Below, in pieces: positions 1 to 12,599 of a stretch of DNA of 64,000 nucleotides. Source of the stretch: Tubiluchus corallicola (Eukaryota > Animalia > Priapulida); NCBI GenBank assembly GCA_030141605.1, contig JAQGDQ010000719.1, forward strand, positions 1 through 64,000, in the 5' to 3' direction. The notes beneath the pieces were generated by a model. The model was not told where the DNA came from. It searched no databases and was given only the letters and a program-made list of their open reading frames with translations. Numbering within the stretch: the stretch's first letter is position 1; each line of letters begins with the position of its first letter. The translations under genes and the position numbers were made by a program.

Positions 1-2930
1 GGATAACTTATTTTGGGCTGGCCACTTAAAGGATAATCACCAGATCTTCAGGCCAGCCTCTTTATAAATCACTATTGGATTACACAACACAGCACGTTTA
101 AATACACTGGATAACCAATTTTGGGCTGGCCACTTAAAGGATAATCACCCGATCTTCAGGCCAGCCTCTTTATAAATCACTATTATATTAGATAACACAG
201 CAAATTTAATTACACTTGATAACTGATTTGGGGCGGGCCACTTATATGATAATCACCAGATCTTCAGGCCAGCCTCTTTATAAATCACTATTATATTAGA
301 TAACACAGCACATTTAATTACACTGGATAACTGATTTGGGGCAGGCCACTTATAGGATAATCTCCCGAGCTTCAGGCCAGCCACTTCATGAATCACTATT
401 GGAATACACAACACAGCACATTTAATTACACTGGATAACCAATTTTGGGCTGGCCACTTAAAGGATAATCACCCGATCTTCAGGCCAGCCTCTTTATAAA
501 TCACTATTGGAATACACAAAACAGCAAATTTAATTATACTCGATAACTTATTTGGGGCTGGCCACTTAAAGGATATTCACCAGATCTTCAGGCCAGCCTC
601 TTTAGAGATCACTATTATATTAGATAACACAGCACATTTAATTACACTTGATAACTGATTTGGGGCAGGCCACTTATATGATAATCACCTGATCTTCAGG
701 CCAGCCTCTTCATGAATCACTATTGGAATACACAACACAGCACATTTAATTACACTGGATAATCAATTTTGGGCTGGCCACTTAAAGGATGATCACCAGA
801 TCTTCAGGCCAGCCTCTTTATAAATCACTATTATATTAGAAAACACAGCAAATTTAATTACACTGGATAACTGATTTGGGGCAGGCCACTTATAGGATAA
901 TCTCCCGAGCTTCAGGCCACCCTCCTTATAAATCACCATTGGATTACACAACACAGCACGTTTAATTACACTGGATAACCAATTTTGGGTTGGCCACTTA
1001 AAGGATAATCATCCGATCTTCAGACCAGTCTCCACAGTAAGTACCACTGGATTAGCAGCACAAACCAGCCTCTGTAGAAATCACTATTGGATTACACAAC
1101 ACAGAATATTTAACTATACTGGATAACTTATTTGGGGCTGGCCACTTATAGGATAATCACCCGATCTTCAGGCCAGCCTCTTTAGAAATCACAATTGAAT
1201 TATACAACACAGCACATTTTATTACACTGGATAACCAATTTTGGGCTGGCCACTTAAAGGATAATCACCTGATCTTCAGACCAGCCTCTTTAGAAATCAC
1301 TATTATAATAGATAACACAGCAAATTTAATTACACTGGATAACTGATTTGGGACTGGCCACTTATAGGATAATCACCTGATCTTCAAGCCAGCCTCTTTA
1401 TAAATCACTATTATATTAGATAACACAGCAAATTTAATTACACTGGATAACTGATTTGGGGCAGGCCACTTATAGGATAATCTCCCGAGCTTCAGGCCAC
1501 CCTCCTTATAAATCACTATTGGATTACACAACACAGCACGTTTAATTACACTGGATAAATGATTTGGGGCTGGCTCTTATAGGATAATCACCCGATCTTC
1601 AGGCCAGTCTCATTTTAAATCACTATTGGATTACACAAAACAGCAAATTTAATTACGCTGGATAACGTATTTGTGGCTGGCCACTTAAAGGATAATCACC
1701 AGATCTTCAGGCCAACCGCTTTAGAAATCACTATTATATTAGATAACACAGCACATTTAATTACGCTGGATAACTGATTTGGGGCTGGCCACTTAAAGGA
1801 TATTCACCAGATCTTCAGGCCAGCCTCTTTAGAGATCACTATTATATTAGATAACACAGCACATTTAACTACACTGGATAACCAATTTTGGGCTGGCCAC
1901 TTAAACGATAATCACCCGATCTTCAGGCCAGTCTCCACAGTAAGTACCACTGGATTAGCAGCACGAACCAGCCTCTGTAGAAATCACTATTATATTAGAT
2001 AACACAGCAAATTTAATTACACTGGATAACTGATTTGGGGCTGGCCACTTATAGGATAATCACCCGATCTTCAGGCCAGCCTCTTCATGAATCACTATTG
2101 GAATACACAACACAGCTCATTTAATTACACTGGATAACCAATTTTGGGCTGGCCACTTATAGGATAATCACCCGATCTTCAAGCCAGTCTCATTATAAAT
2201 CACTATTGGATTACAAAAAGCAGCAAATTTAATTACGCTGGATAACTTATTTGGGGCTGGCCACTTAAATGATATTCACCAGATCTTCAGGCCAGCCTCT
2301 TTAGAGATCACTATTATATTAGATAACACAGCACATTTAATTACACTTGATAACTGATTTGGGGCAGGCCACTTATATGATAATCACCTGATCTTCAGGC
2401 CAGCCTCTTCATGAATCACTATTGGAATACACAACACAGCACATTTAATTACACTGGATAACTGATTTGGGGCAGGCCACTTATAGGATAATCTCCCGAG
2501 CTTCAGGCCACCCTCCTTATAAATCACTATTGGATTACACAACACAGCACGTTTAATTACACTGGACAACCAATTTTGGGCTGGCCACTTAATGGATAAT
2601 CACCCGATCTTCAGACCAGTCTCCACAGTAAGTACCCCTGGATTAGCAGCACAAACCAGCCTCTGTAGAAATCACTATTGGATTACACAACACAGAATAT
2701 TTAACTATACTGGATAACTTATTTGGGGTTGGCCGCTTAAAGAATAATCACCCGATCTTCAGGTTAGCTTTCTTAGAAATCACTATCAGATTACACAGCA
2801 CTTAACTTTTAATTATACTTGATGTTTGAAATGTGGCTGGCTACTTAAATGATAATCACCCGATCTTCAGAGCAGCCTCCTTAGAAATCACCATCGGATC
2901 ATGCTGCACCACATATTTAATTACAATAGT
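1..2930. repeat. Tandem satellite, 108-bp monomer, about 26 copies, truncated by the window start
   Basis: The monomer GGATAAC...GGGCTGGCCACTTAAAGGATAATCACC.GATCTTCAGGCCAGCCTCTTT...AATCACTATT...ACACAGCA.ATTTAATTACACT recurs at 1, 109, 217 and onward. Three monomers carry a 40-bp insertion (1025, 1928, 2616). Copies degenerate after about 2750. Confidence 0.97.
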
Positions 2931-4078
2931 GGTCAGATAGCTAAAAAGATTTTGCTATGGAAGAGAAGCGGACAACAACAAAAATGCATCCTCATTTTTG
3001 CGCCGAACCCCCAGAAAGTGTTCATGGAGCCTGTGCGAGTGTGCGTGTCATGGAGACGTTTGTTTTAAAACGCGTTTGATTACGTAGCTAGCTGCTTGGC
3101 TACTGCATCTATGTCGTTTCCGTCATTTCTTATTTTTACAAAGATACACGGCGAGGTGGAGTTGACTTTGTTCTGTTCTCCCTATAAAGCACATAAAGTA
3201 AGTACACAAGTCAAAGGAGTAAATTAAGAAATGAAAATTGTCAGTAGAAAATGCTTTCTATATTCATCATTTTCAAAATAAACAAATAATTTTTTCTTTT
3301 GCGTAAATAATAGTAACAATTTTTATTAATAAAGCATACGTTCTGCTAAAAATCAGACAAAAGGAAATTGTTGTCTAAGTATGGAACCGAACAATGTTAG
3401 GAAAGCAAATGAACAGTCTTTGAAAATGATAGAGAACATTTTAGAAATGGTAAAAACGTGTTTGATGGATTTTATATATTGCGACTAGAAAAAAAATTAT
3501 TTTTCCTACTCTGAAGATTGCTTATCAAGTGATCTGATGTCCCCATGAAAGGCGAAAAGAGAGAAAATACAGAAGGCGTCATAAAGGGAGAGGAGTTATA
3601 GAAATAAAGGTGAAATTGGTATAAAGGACAGATAGGAACGAGTCCGAGAAACTATGCTGTACACTTACAAAAGGCTGACAGATTATGCTTGCAACCGAAG
3701 TTACGCAATGCGATGTCAGTAAATAAATGCGCCACTGTTGAAAAAAATCTACTGTCGGTGTGATCTGGCGTTTGCAAGTGTCATAAAGCCTCCGTCTGTT
3801 TCTCTCTTTGAGAGTGGGGTAGACATCCTGTTACGCGCCTGAAATGTATGTCACTTCTGCCTGGTTCGCATCTCATCTTAGCAGAGCATTACTTTTGACA
3901 AGTTAGATCCTGATCCAGCCACAATCTTCCAAGAAAAACAGACATTAGCATTGAGAGCTCAATTGTAACTCTTAATGTATCGAGCAGTAAAAAGGTAGAA
4001 CACAAAGGCGATTAGCAGCCAATGTTAGATTAACAAATTTTCTACTACGTAATTTTCACGAAGCTAAGTTTTAAGGAA

Positions 4079-4151
4079 TTACCGGACCGAGAATTGAACC
4101 CCGGTCTCCCGCGTGACAGACGGGGTATACTCAACATTGTACTATCGAGGA
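4079..4151 (-). pseudogene. tRNA-Asp(GTC) pseudogene or tRNA-Asp-derived element
   Basis: Reverse complement TCCTCGATAGTACAATGTTGAGTATACCCCGTCTGTCACGCGGGAGACCGGGGTTCAATTCTCGGTCCGGTA closely follows metazoan tRNA-Asp. Anticodon and T arms pair, but the acceptor stem has two mismatches and the D-loop GG is lost. Confidence 0.85.
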
Positions 4152-4859
4152 ATAACTACCGGCATAAAATCGAGGACGTTTCTGTGCTAGCTTGCAAATA
4201 CCCGAACTGCATACAAACAGGCGTTAAAGCGCGAAGCTTACGCTAAATTGTTCAGTATCCAATGGTAAATTAGCCAATTTATCGTTGATTTATCACGTAC
4301 TTACTTTTCAAGGAAATAAACGAGAAAATAAATCTATATGCCTAGTATTTTCAAAATTGTAATAAATATATAATAAAACATACACAATGCAGAGTATTAA
4401 AATAGAATGTAATTGTATATGTTCAGTGTGTTGACTGGTGTACATTACGTATTAGAAAATTACACAAATTTTAAAATTTTACATGATACTATAAAAATGT
4501 TATTAAGGAATAAAAACATTTGCAATTTACAATTAAAAATCTTTCACAAACATTTACGAAAACATCTTTTAAACTTTAGTTCTGTACATAATAACTTGAT
4601 GTATATTATTTTATAAAGACCTATGAAATAAAGTTATTATTCATGCCAATTGCTTTCACATACATAATACTGCAAACATTTTACAGCTGATTTTAACTTG
4701 TGTATTTGATTTAGCTACTTATTGATCTAGGCATTATATGTAAAAACATAGATAAACGTTAAAAGTAGGCCCACTTATTTACTTCTGAAACTTGCAATTT
4801 AAATTAGTAATGCATGGAAAAAAATGCAGGACCGGCGAAGTGAACAACTTAAAAAATAT

Positions 4860-4925
4860 CCTTCCCATGGGAATTTAAACGTAGATCATCCTCTTGACAG
4901 GCAGGGATACTTGCAACTACTCAAG
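4860..4925 (-). pseudogene. Second, more degenerate tRNA-Asp-like copy
   Basis: Reverse complement contains AGTATCCCTGCCTGTCAAGAGGATGATCTACGTTTAAATTCCCATGGGAAG, which aligns to tRNA-Asp AGTATCCCCGCCTGTCACGCGGGAGACCGGGGTTCGATTCCCCGACGGGGAG. Confidence 0.55.
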
Positions 4926-5449
4926 ATTAACTGCTGACATCTACAAACATTACGTAGTTTGTTTGGTCTCAGTTCGTAACAGCTGCAAAGCATTGGGGTG
5001 TGCAAACAAGAAGACTTACTATTACAGGTATCTTAGAACTCACTAGTCGTTTTACATTTTCCACATTTTTAGCAAAGATGTTAAGACGGTACTTTTGAAA
5101 GTTGGTACTGATGAACTAAAACCTTGGACATTTTTTTAATGAAATTAGATGAAATTCTGAAAAAACTAATGCATTAGGAGGCTGCTATATTCGCACCTTC
5201 TTCATGGCAAGTCGGATATCCTGCATAAATTGAGAAGGTCTCTCACAGCCCGTAAGTAGTGAGAAAGCGCTGCACCTTGTTGAAATACTGCACTGTTAAT
5301 AGTGGAAGAATAGTGTCCTCCTCCGTGTAGTGATCTGAATTAGTGAGTTTCAGTGTGGTGTGCTGAACTTCAGTTGGTGATAGAAGGATCTTTTGTCAAG
5401 TTAATTTTGCACCTCGTTTGTTACGCTACTGTCACAGCAACGGCGGGGT

Positions 5450-5452
<3 letters not shown>

Positions 5453-5545
<93 letters not shown>
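5453..5545. repeat. (CT)n microsatellite
   Basis: Near-pure CT dinucleotide run. Confidence 0.98.
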
Positions 5546-5548
<3 letters not shown>

Positions 5549-5956
5549 CGCTCTTCTCACTTTGTCTTTCCCTCTTTCTCTCTTTGTTCACCTTCTTCTC
5601 TCTGCCTCTCTTAAGCAAATCAAAACAAAATTATTAAATAACCAGTACCAGTCGACCAGCAATCAAAAATAGTTAAATCAGGGCAGTACAGAAGATGCAG
5701 AACAGCACACCTACATTAATAATGGCATGGTACAAATATTTAAGCATAAAATACATTTTCCGCAAAAGTAATTCGAAATAGTGCACACAGATCTAACCTC
5801 TCTTCTTCTGAGATGGTTTTGCATTCGCCCGATTCCGAGAAGGAGACAGAAAGAATAAAAGGGTCCTCCCTTTTCTTTACTTGTTTGCAAAATTGTGCAT
5901 CGTTACCTTGGAAACATTTGTTTTGCGTCATTATTGATTAGGCAACTAGTTACCGC

Positions 5957-6363
5957 CAAGGCTGACAGTACAATGCGGTACGAAAAAATACCGCACTTCG
6001 TATCTTTCAAAAATACCGTACCTACAAAATTTAATCGTACCCTACTAGTACGATAAAACATCGTTAGCTTGAGCTACTTTTTACTTAATTAATGATTATG
6101 TGGCAGACACGATGAGTTAGGCCTATTAACTAGATTTCAGTGGTTGTCTAAAATTGCGCTTACTTGTGACAAACTTCTAGTGTTAATTCAAATTTAGTGT
6201 CTTGCCTAAAACACCTGTAACAATAATCATAATCATAATACAAGTTATACAAAGTTAGTTAACATTAGAAGTTAAATGCAGCTTTTATAGAAAACGTAGA
6301 ATGTATTTCAACTTAAGTTACAATCTAGCATAAATCTGCCATAAGCCAGGTAACTTTACCTGC

Positions 6364-6403
<40 letters not shown>

Positions 6404-6968
6404 GGACATTAATCAGCGTGGCTACAGCATTTAATAACTATATATGTAGTTATTAAATGCTGTAACCACGCTGATTAATAAGTCTGTATATCTCGAATTT
6501 ATTTTGTCGGCAAATCAAACATTTAACTCAGGTAATATACAGTTAATAAATCGTTGTTGTTTTGCAGATCGGTAAAGTTCGAGACGTTCCTCTTTGAAGA
6601 TATATATTTTGAAATGTTCTTGTTGAAAAGAATCTACATGACTTGAGATGTTCAGCATATTTCTACACAAAGCGTCAAAAGTCAGAAATAGGAGTTAAAA
6701 TATCGTTGTTATATGAACATGTGTGAAACGTGGGAAACAAAATACCCAAAGTTATATACGGGAAACGACAATTGGCGCTTCTAAACAACTTGTCGCTTAT
6801 GCAACCAAAACGAACCAATAAATAACTGTGCTCTGTGTTGATCAGGGAAGAACAACAAAAATTACCGTAATTTTGTACCGTACCATGCTGCTGAAAAAAT
6901 ATCGTACCGTAATTCCGTACCGTACTTTTAAGAATTTTTATTTCGTACCAACCGTACTGCCAGCTTTT
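5957..6968. mobile_element. Non-autonomous hAT-superfamily DNA transposon (MITE), about 1.0 kb
   Basis: Imperfect TIRs CAAGGCTGACAGTAC and GTACTGCCAGCTTTT. An exact 8-bp TSD GTTACCGC lies at 5949-5956 and 6969-6976. CCGTAC/GTACC motifs are repeated subterminally at both ends. Confidence 0.85.
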
Positions 6969-8001
6969 GTTACCGCTTTAGCTAAGAACCAATTTTAACA
7001 AAATTAATTAGAGACAGACTTTTAGATACCGAACTGTCAATCAGCCATAACTAATAATCAACGATTCTATTTGTAACGCTATCCACTCAGTATGAGAGAG
7101 TAGTTCGGAGCCATCCTAATAGTACACCTAATCAATCAAAGCCACGTATCCGCAGAAGAGTGAAACTAACAATCATCAATATTTTAGCTTCAGTCAGTTT
7201 GATTATACAAAATCTATATCATAGCGTTGTGCCAACTAATTTGAGAGACTAGAATTACTAGATCATAATGCCCATATAATTTTTGTAAAACCGTAACAAA
7301 AACTTAACTACGTAGCTAAAGGGCCAAAACCGGGTAAAACACCAGGACCTGTCGAAAATCTAGAGTCCGGACTGCTCTTAATTGTGATAAGGAAAATTTT
7401 GGTTGTACGGTTTTTATCATTAGATAGGATTTTCGATCGTATATAGACTTACAAATGCAAATATTTACTCGTCTGCTTATTGAAGATGACAAAAGTTGTT
7501 AAGAGAAAGAAGTTATTAAACTTCTTAGAAATAGTTGTGTAAGATGAATTTTATATCGTTAGCATTCTACTTGAATATTTTGAAATGGCTACTGAACGCA
7601 AAAATAAATTCAATAAATTTTTTAACCAAAATTGGCGTACCAAATTTTAGAAGGACGGCCATTTAATTCACTTTCTACTTGGTTATTGCTTATAATAAAC
7701 CAGTTCAACTGCAAAATCACAACTACAAGGATCTAAATTCAGTGTTCAGTACACACAGAACATCCAAAAGGCACAGTTACTGTGTGAAGACTGAACTTTC
7801 TGCTGTTATTAACGTGCAATATGTACGCTGATATTTCTGTCAGATGATGATATGTCAACAACTAAAGAAAAGTCATTAAAGGTGTTGTATAGCTTCGGCG
7901 AAGTTCATGGGCTCGTCCGGTAAGCATACGTGGTTTTTATGCGAGTGGCTTCAATGGGCTTAGCAGTTCACTCCTGGCTGTATCACCCATAAATCTTGAC
8001 T

Positions 8002-8244
8002 GTGCATCGGTATAGTCTAGCGGTAACGCGTAGGTTTTCGCCTGGCAGGTCGTGAGTTCGATACTGCGGCCGGATCATAACGAAGACTTTTAAAAACGGT
8101 TGCCTGCCTGGCACGTGATATTTAAGATAAAAGCGGGGTAACAATAGTCACTTTTATGCAGGTCTAGATTTGTTATTTACAGTCGGCAAAAAAACCTTTT
8201 GAGCTTATATTAATTGTTAATCCAAAAGCCGACTTTAAATAAAG

Positions 8245-8301
<57 letters not shown>
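8002..8301 (+). mobile_element. tRNA-derived SINE (MetaSINE-like central domain) with an (ATT)n tail
   Basis: A-box-like TAGTCTAGCGG, B-box GAGTTCGATAC, then GGATCATAACGAAGACTTTTAAAAACGGTTGCCTGCCTGGCAC, an AATAAA and a pure (ATT)n tail. A TSD-like ATCTTG(A/G)CT lies at 7993-8001 and 8302-8310. The Meta-domain assignment is from recollection of the consensus. Confidence 0.8.
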
Positions 8302-8303
<2 letters not shown>

Positions 8304-10872
8304 CTTGGCTATTTTGCGAAAGGTGCATATACATCCGAACGCGGCTGATTCACTTCTGTCGGTTGAAGTGCATCAACCGCATAATCTTACTGGGATGTCG
8401 TTGATTAGTCATCTAGGTTCCGGTCACGCCGTAAACATGTCGTCGAGATGCCTGCCATTGATATGACTTTGGATTGGCTTGCAGTGTGTCTGAGCATATA
8501 AAAAACGTAATTTTAGCAGTAAACGAAAGCAAAAGCCTCAAAATTTGTTAACCTGTAAACTCAGGGTCTTCCATACTTTCGTATACAAGTTCTTCTTAAC
8601 AATTGACGTCAAACATATTGGTCTATCGCTCCGCCCCCGCTGCAACGTAAGCACTCTCAGCAGCATTCAGGACAACAACTCACGCAGGACAACAACTGTC
8701 TAAGCTAAACTAAACTAAACAAATGACACTCACAACTAATGTCTAATCAGCAGATAAACTGATTGCTCTTTTTCATAAACACAAATTTGCAGAGCAGCAG
8801 CTATTTTAACACGAAATTAGCACTTCAAGTAGCCAAAAAAATGAGTTTCAATTTAAACAGAATGTAGGGACGAATTTTCAAAGCACTACAAAATACAGAG
8901 ACATAAATATAATAAAGAAACGAAATCAGTCAGCCTTGCTTTACAATAAATGAGCAGCAAAAATATTAAGTCTTTCTTGCATTTAAACATACGAACATCA
9001 AGCCAGCGATGTATTTTTTTATATTAATTGATCATGTGTTCGTCTGCAAGATTTATTAAGTTTTCGTACTTTTCCGTTTGTCAGGCTACGGAAATGGAAT
9101 AAATTTGTCTGTTCCATTCCATAGACGACCTTATATTGAATGGCCGAGTCACATAGGTCCCAATGGTATCTTTTAACGTTGATAATAAGCAGAAAAATAG
9201 CGTACATTCAGCTAATATTACATTGATGTATAATCTAAGTTTTGACCACATTTGAATTAAATGTGACTGTGAAGATCTCATTGAGGTTTATAAAAACTGG
9301 CCAGAAAAGAAAACATTATTTAAAGTTAACCAAATAGCTGTTTTTTTCTAACCTACAAAGGCATAAGCTAAACTAAATTGCGTATTTTCTTGATTGCAAA
9401 TTGGTATAATCAGCAACTCATAGACGTAAGTGTTGTGCATTTCTTCTTATAAACCAAACTAGACTATATATTTCTACCAATTCACTTGCAATTTCAATTG
9501 ACAATAATAAAGTCTAGAATCAGGCTAATATTTCTCCCGCTAACTAATGAAAAGTTGAGCATTTTTCATAACAGTATTAGACGGAGCTGCAGCTAAATGT
9601 CCCGAACGTACCTACTGCATGGGTGTGTGAAATCACTTGCACGCTGATTGGGCAGTCAGCGAAAATGATTGACATTAGGTTAGACCTCAATTGCCTGTAG
9701 ACCTTAACAGAGAACATGTTTGTACAAGGCGTTTATCTCATTACTGGAGACCAAATGGGCGATTATGTCATTGAAAAGGTCAAGGAAAAATGGAGCAGGA
9801 AAATTAAAACTATTATAAAACGAAAAGTTCAAAAAACTTTATTACTATTGCATGTGCCTTAAAATATGTGGCATTTACTTACTCTAAAAACAAGAGTAAG
9901 TACATACCACATCTTTAAAATAAAAACAAGAGCAAGCAGATACTCAAGAAATGAAGTGTTTTCAAAAGGTAATTTAAAATAAAGATATAAATTTATTTGT
10001 GCAGAAAACGTTATGAAAGGCTTTCAAAGTTTCAGTTATCTAAAATATTCACCATAAAATTCTTTACATCAACATGAGAACACTCAATGGAAATCATGAT
10101 TCAAGGTTATGTTGTTATCCGCCTTGTTCGCAATACTGGAAAAGAGGTTTTTTCTTCGACCACAGAATACAGATAGCACTGCAGAGCTCCTTATTGAAAG
10201 TAACTAATAATTATTAATGAAACGATAATTCGTCACTATAATATTATTGAAGTTAGCATTATATATAGGCCTACTTAACTGATAATCATAAAAAAAACTT
10301 AAGTCCCAAAACTGGGTGAGGGTCTTTTTCTGTAGTGAATTGTATAATAAAATATCAGTGATTCGTCCACCAGGTTATCAACTGTATAGTATTTTGAGTT
10401 GACTAACTTTCTTCAAAACCAATGTCTGGTAACACTCACCAATGCTATTTATATTTATGGACTTAACAAATAAGCATACAGAAAAGGAAACTTGCCTTGG
10501 AAATTTGCTGCAAGCGCAGAATGTATCAAATTTGAATAATTTTGCCTTGAAAACTTCCTGTAATGAAACGAGAAACAGGAGATTCCTTCCTCCTTTTCTT
10601 GTATCGCAAAAGTGCGTCGTTACCTTGGAATCGTTTGTCTTATCGTCATCACTAGCTGCGTAATTTGTTGCTACATGTTACGTCATTCAAGTGAACGGAA
10701 GTTACGGAAACACAAAGCGGGCTTATTGTGATGGCAACCGATTTTTTTGTGTAAGTATAAATTGATACATAACGGATACAATCTATTATCTATCTATCTA
10801 CCGCAATATCTATCAACAATTAGAAACTGCATCACATTAATCCCACGGCAAATATATAATAAAATTACTGAA

Positions 10873-11038
10873 GGAATTTACAATTCCCCCGCACAATGTA
10901 AATTTCCGAACCCTAACTCTAACCCTAACCCAACTCACCCCTAACCTTAACCCTAAACCTAACCCTAATCCTAATCCTAACCCTAATCCTAATCCGCTTA
11001 TGGAATTAATTTCTTGTGTGTTGGGAATTGTAAAGTTC
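10873..11038. mobile_element. Short element with a degenerate (CCCTAA)n core between inverted repeats (Helentron/HINE-like or MITE)
   Basis: A telomere-like core at 10909-10995 is flanked by GAATTTACAATTCCC and its near inverse GGGAATTGTAAAGTTC. Confidence 0.6.
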
Positions 11039-12599
11039 AGCCAGTTTGCTAAGCCAGACTTCTGCAGAAAAGTGTAAATACAAGTTTTTGAAAAGCTAAA
11101 GAAGGGCATTCTTTTTTGAATAATATTCGAATGAGTATTCCAAACAACTTGTGAAATTTATTTATGAAATTATGTTTCATTTTAAATATTAAAATGGGAA
11201 GAGATTTTAAACAAGCGCTTATTTTTGCTAATTTGATCAGAATCTGCAAAAATATATACAATTAAAAGTTTTTACCCTGTATTCTTATCTTATTGTTATT
11301 TTGCACTGAACTTCGGTTACTTTATATTCCTCATAGTAAGAGTATTGCAACAATATCATGTATTATGCAAAAACGTTGTAATTCAAGAAATAAATGTATT
11401 TGTGATAAAGTTGTATATAATATACTCATTGATACTGTTATTTATTTTAAGCTTGCAATTTAGACAGTATAGTTCCTTCAATGCGATGTCTTGTACTTAT
11501 GTTGGACTTTCATAAACTTATACCTAATAACAGCAGATATTAATATTCCTATCAGCAGCTGAAACGGCTAGTAATAACAAGTGTTAGCATCCTGAACAAT
11601 AAAATGGATAGCTAATGACAAAAGTTTTAACAGGTTTTCAATAACAGATGGCACCACTAATATACAATACATCTGAAATAATTAAAAGATGGGTTACTGA
11701 AAACAAACAACCGAGTGTGATGCACTTGGTGATTTGGATAAATAAAAATTAAAAAACGTTAAATAGGGCTTGCTGAGTGACAAATGCAAGTAATGTAGCC
11801 TGTGGATCGAACATTCTCTGTTGGCATTAACAGTAGATCCATTGCTTAGAATCAGCTAATGCGTCATTGACTCGCGTTGCTCTACTTCAGTGCTTCTGTT
11901 TACTAGTTAATTTATTAACAGAGTCTAAAATTTCGATGGGCAATTTTTCTCTATTTGAATAAAGCATGCGTTAGACTTATATTATCTGGACAGATAACTT
12001 GTTGCATTTTTTCTTAAATGTGAATAACTCTGTTTCTAGTAATTTGAGCATTTAGTTTCTACAATATGCTGTAGATGGCAGCGCATTAATTTAACAAATC
12101 CTATTAAATTTGTATTCTTTCTGCGCTTACAATAAAAACGATTTGTTCTCAACTATCTTTAATTAATATGCATTATTTCTGTTTTGAGGGCAGTATTTTT
12201 AATTCAGTGCTTGTACACGGTAGAAGAACTCTCCTCATAATCGTTATCAATTTAAGTTGCGTCACATTTTTGACTGAATTTCTTTTTCGACTTTTGAATA
12301 ATTTTACTACAAAATGCATTTTGAAATCCGCCTTAAGTTCCTTAACCCGTTTGACTTTGGCTGGGAGAGGTCGCGCGAATTTTCAACTTAGTTAATTTTA
12401 AATAATTTACCCAGCTACTTCCGAAAGAAATCATACAATGATCACAATAGCAATTTTTATGAACGCTTCATTATTATTTTGCAATGATTTACTGCTCTTG
12501 CACGGGCCATTACACTATACAAAGCCATATATTTTTCACGTGTATAATATAGCCTACGTTCATATTCACAAAAACTTCGTCTTTCCATAAACTACGCTC

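Noticed and set aside
2384-2569. Minus-strand ORF with a 36-aa period in the satellite; the array also superficially resembles a CRISPR
   Set aside because: Most monomers have an in-frame TGA (reverse complement of GGATAATCA), so it is not a repeat protein. There are no unique spacers and the context is eukaryotic.
4079-4151. Functional tRNA-Asp gene
   Set aside because: Acceptor-stem mismatches, loss of the D-loop GG and an extra base make function unlikely.
5353-5672. LSLSLS/RERERE ORFs, and similar ones at 31712-31978, 41812-42090, 51387-51630, 52618-53493 and 62014-62403
   Set aside because: These are translations of microsatellites with no domain content.
10909-10995. Possible true telomere or chromosome fusion site
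   Set aside because: The run is short, degenerate, in one orientation only, and enclosed by element-like inverted repeats.
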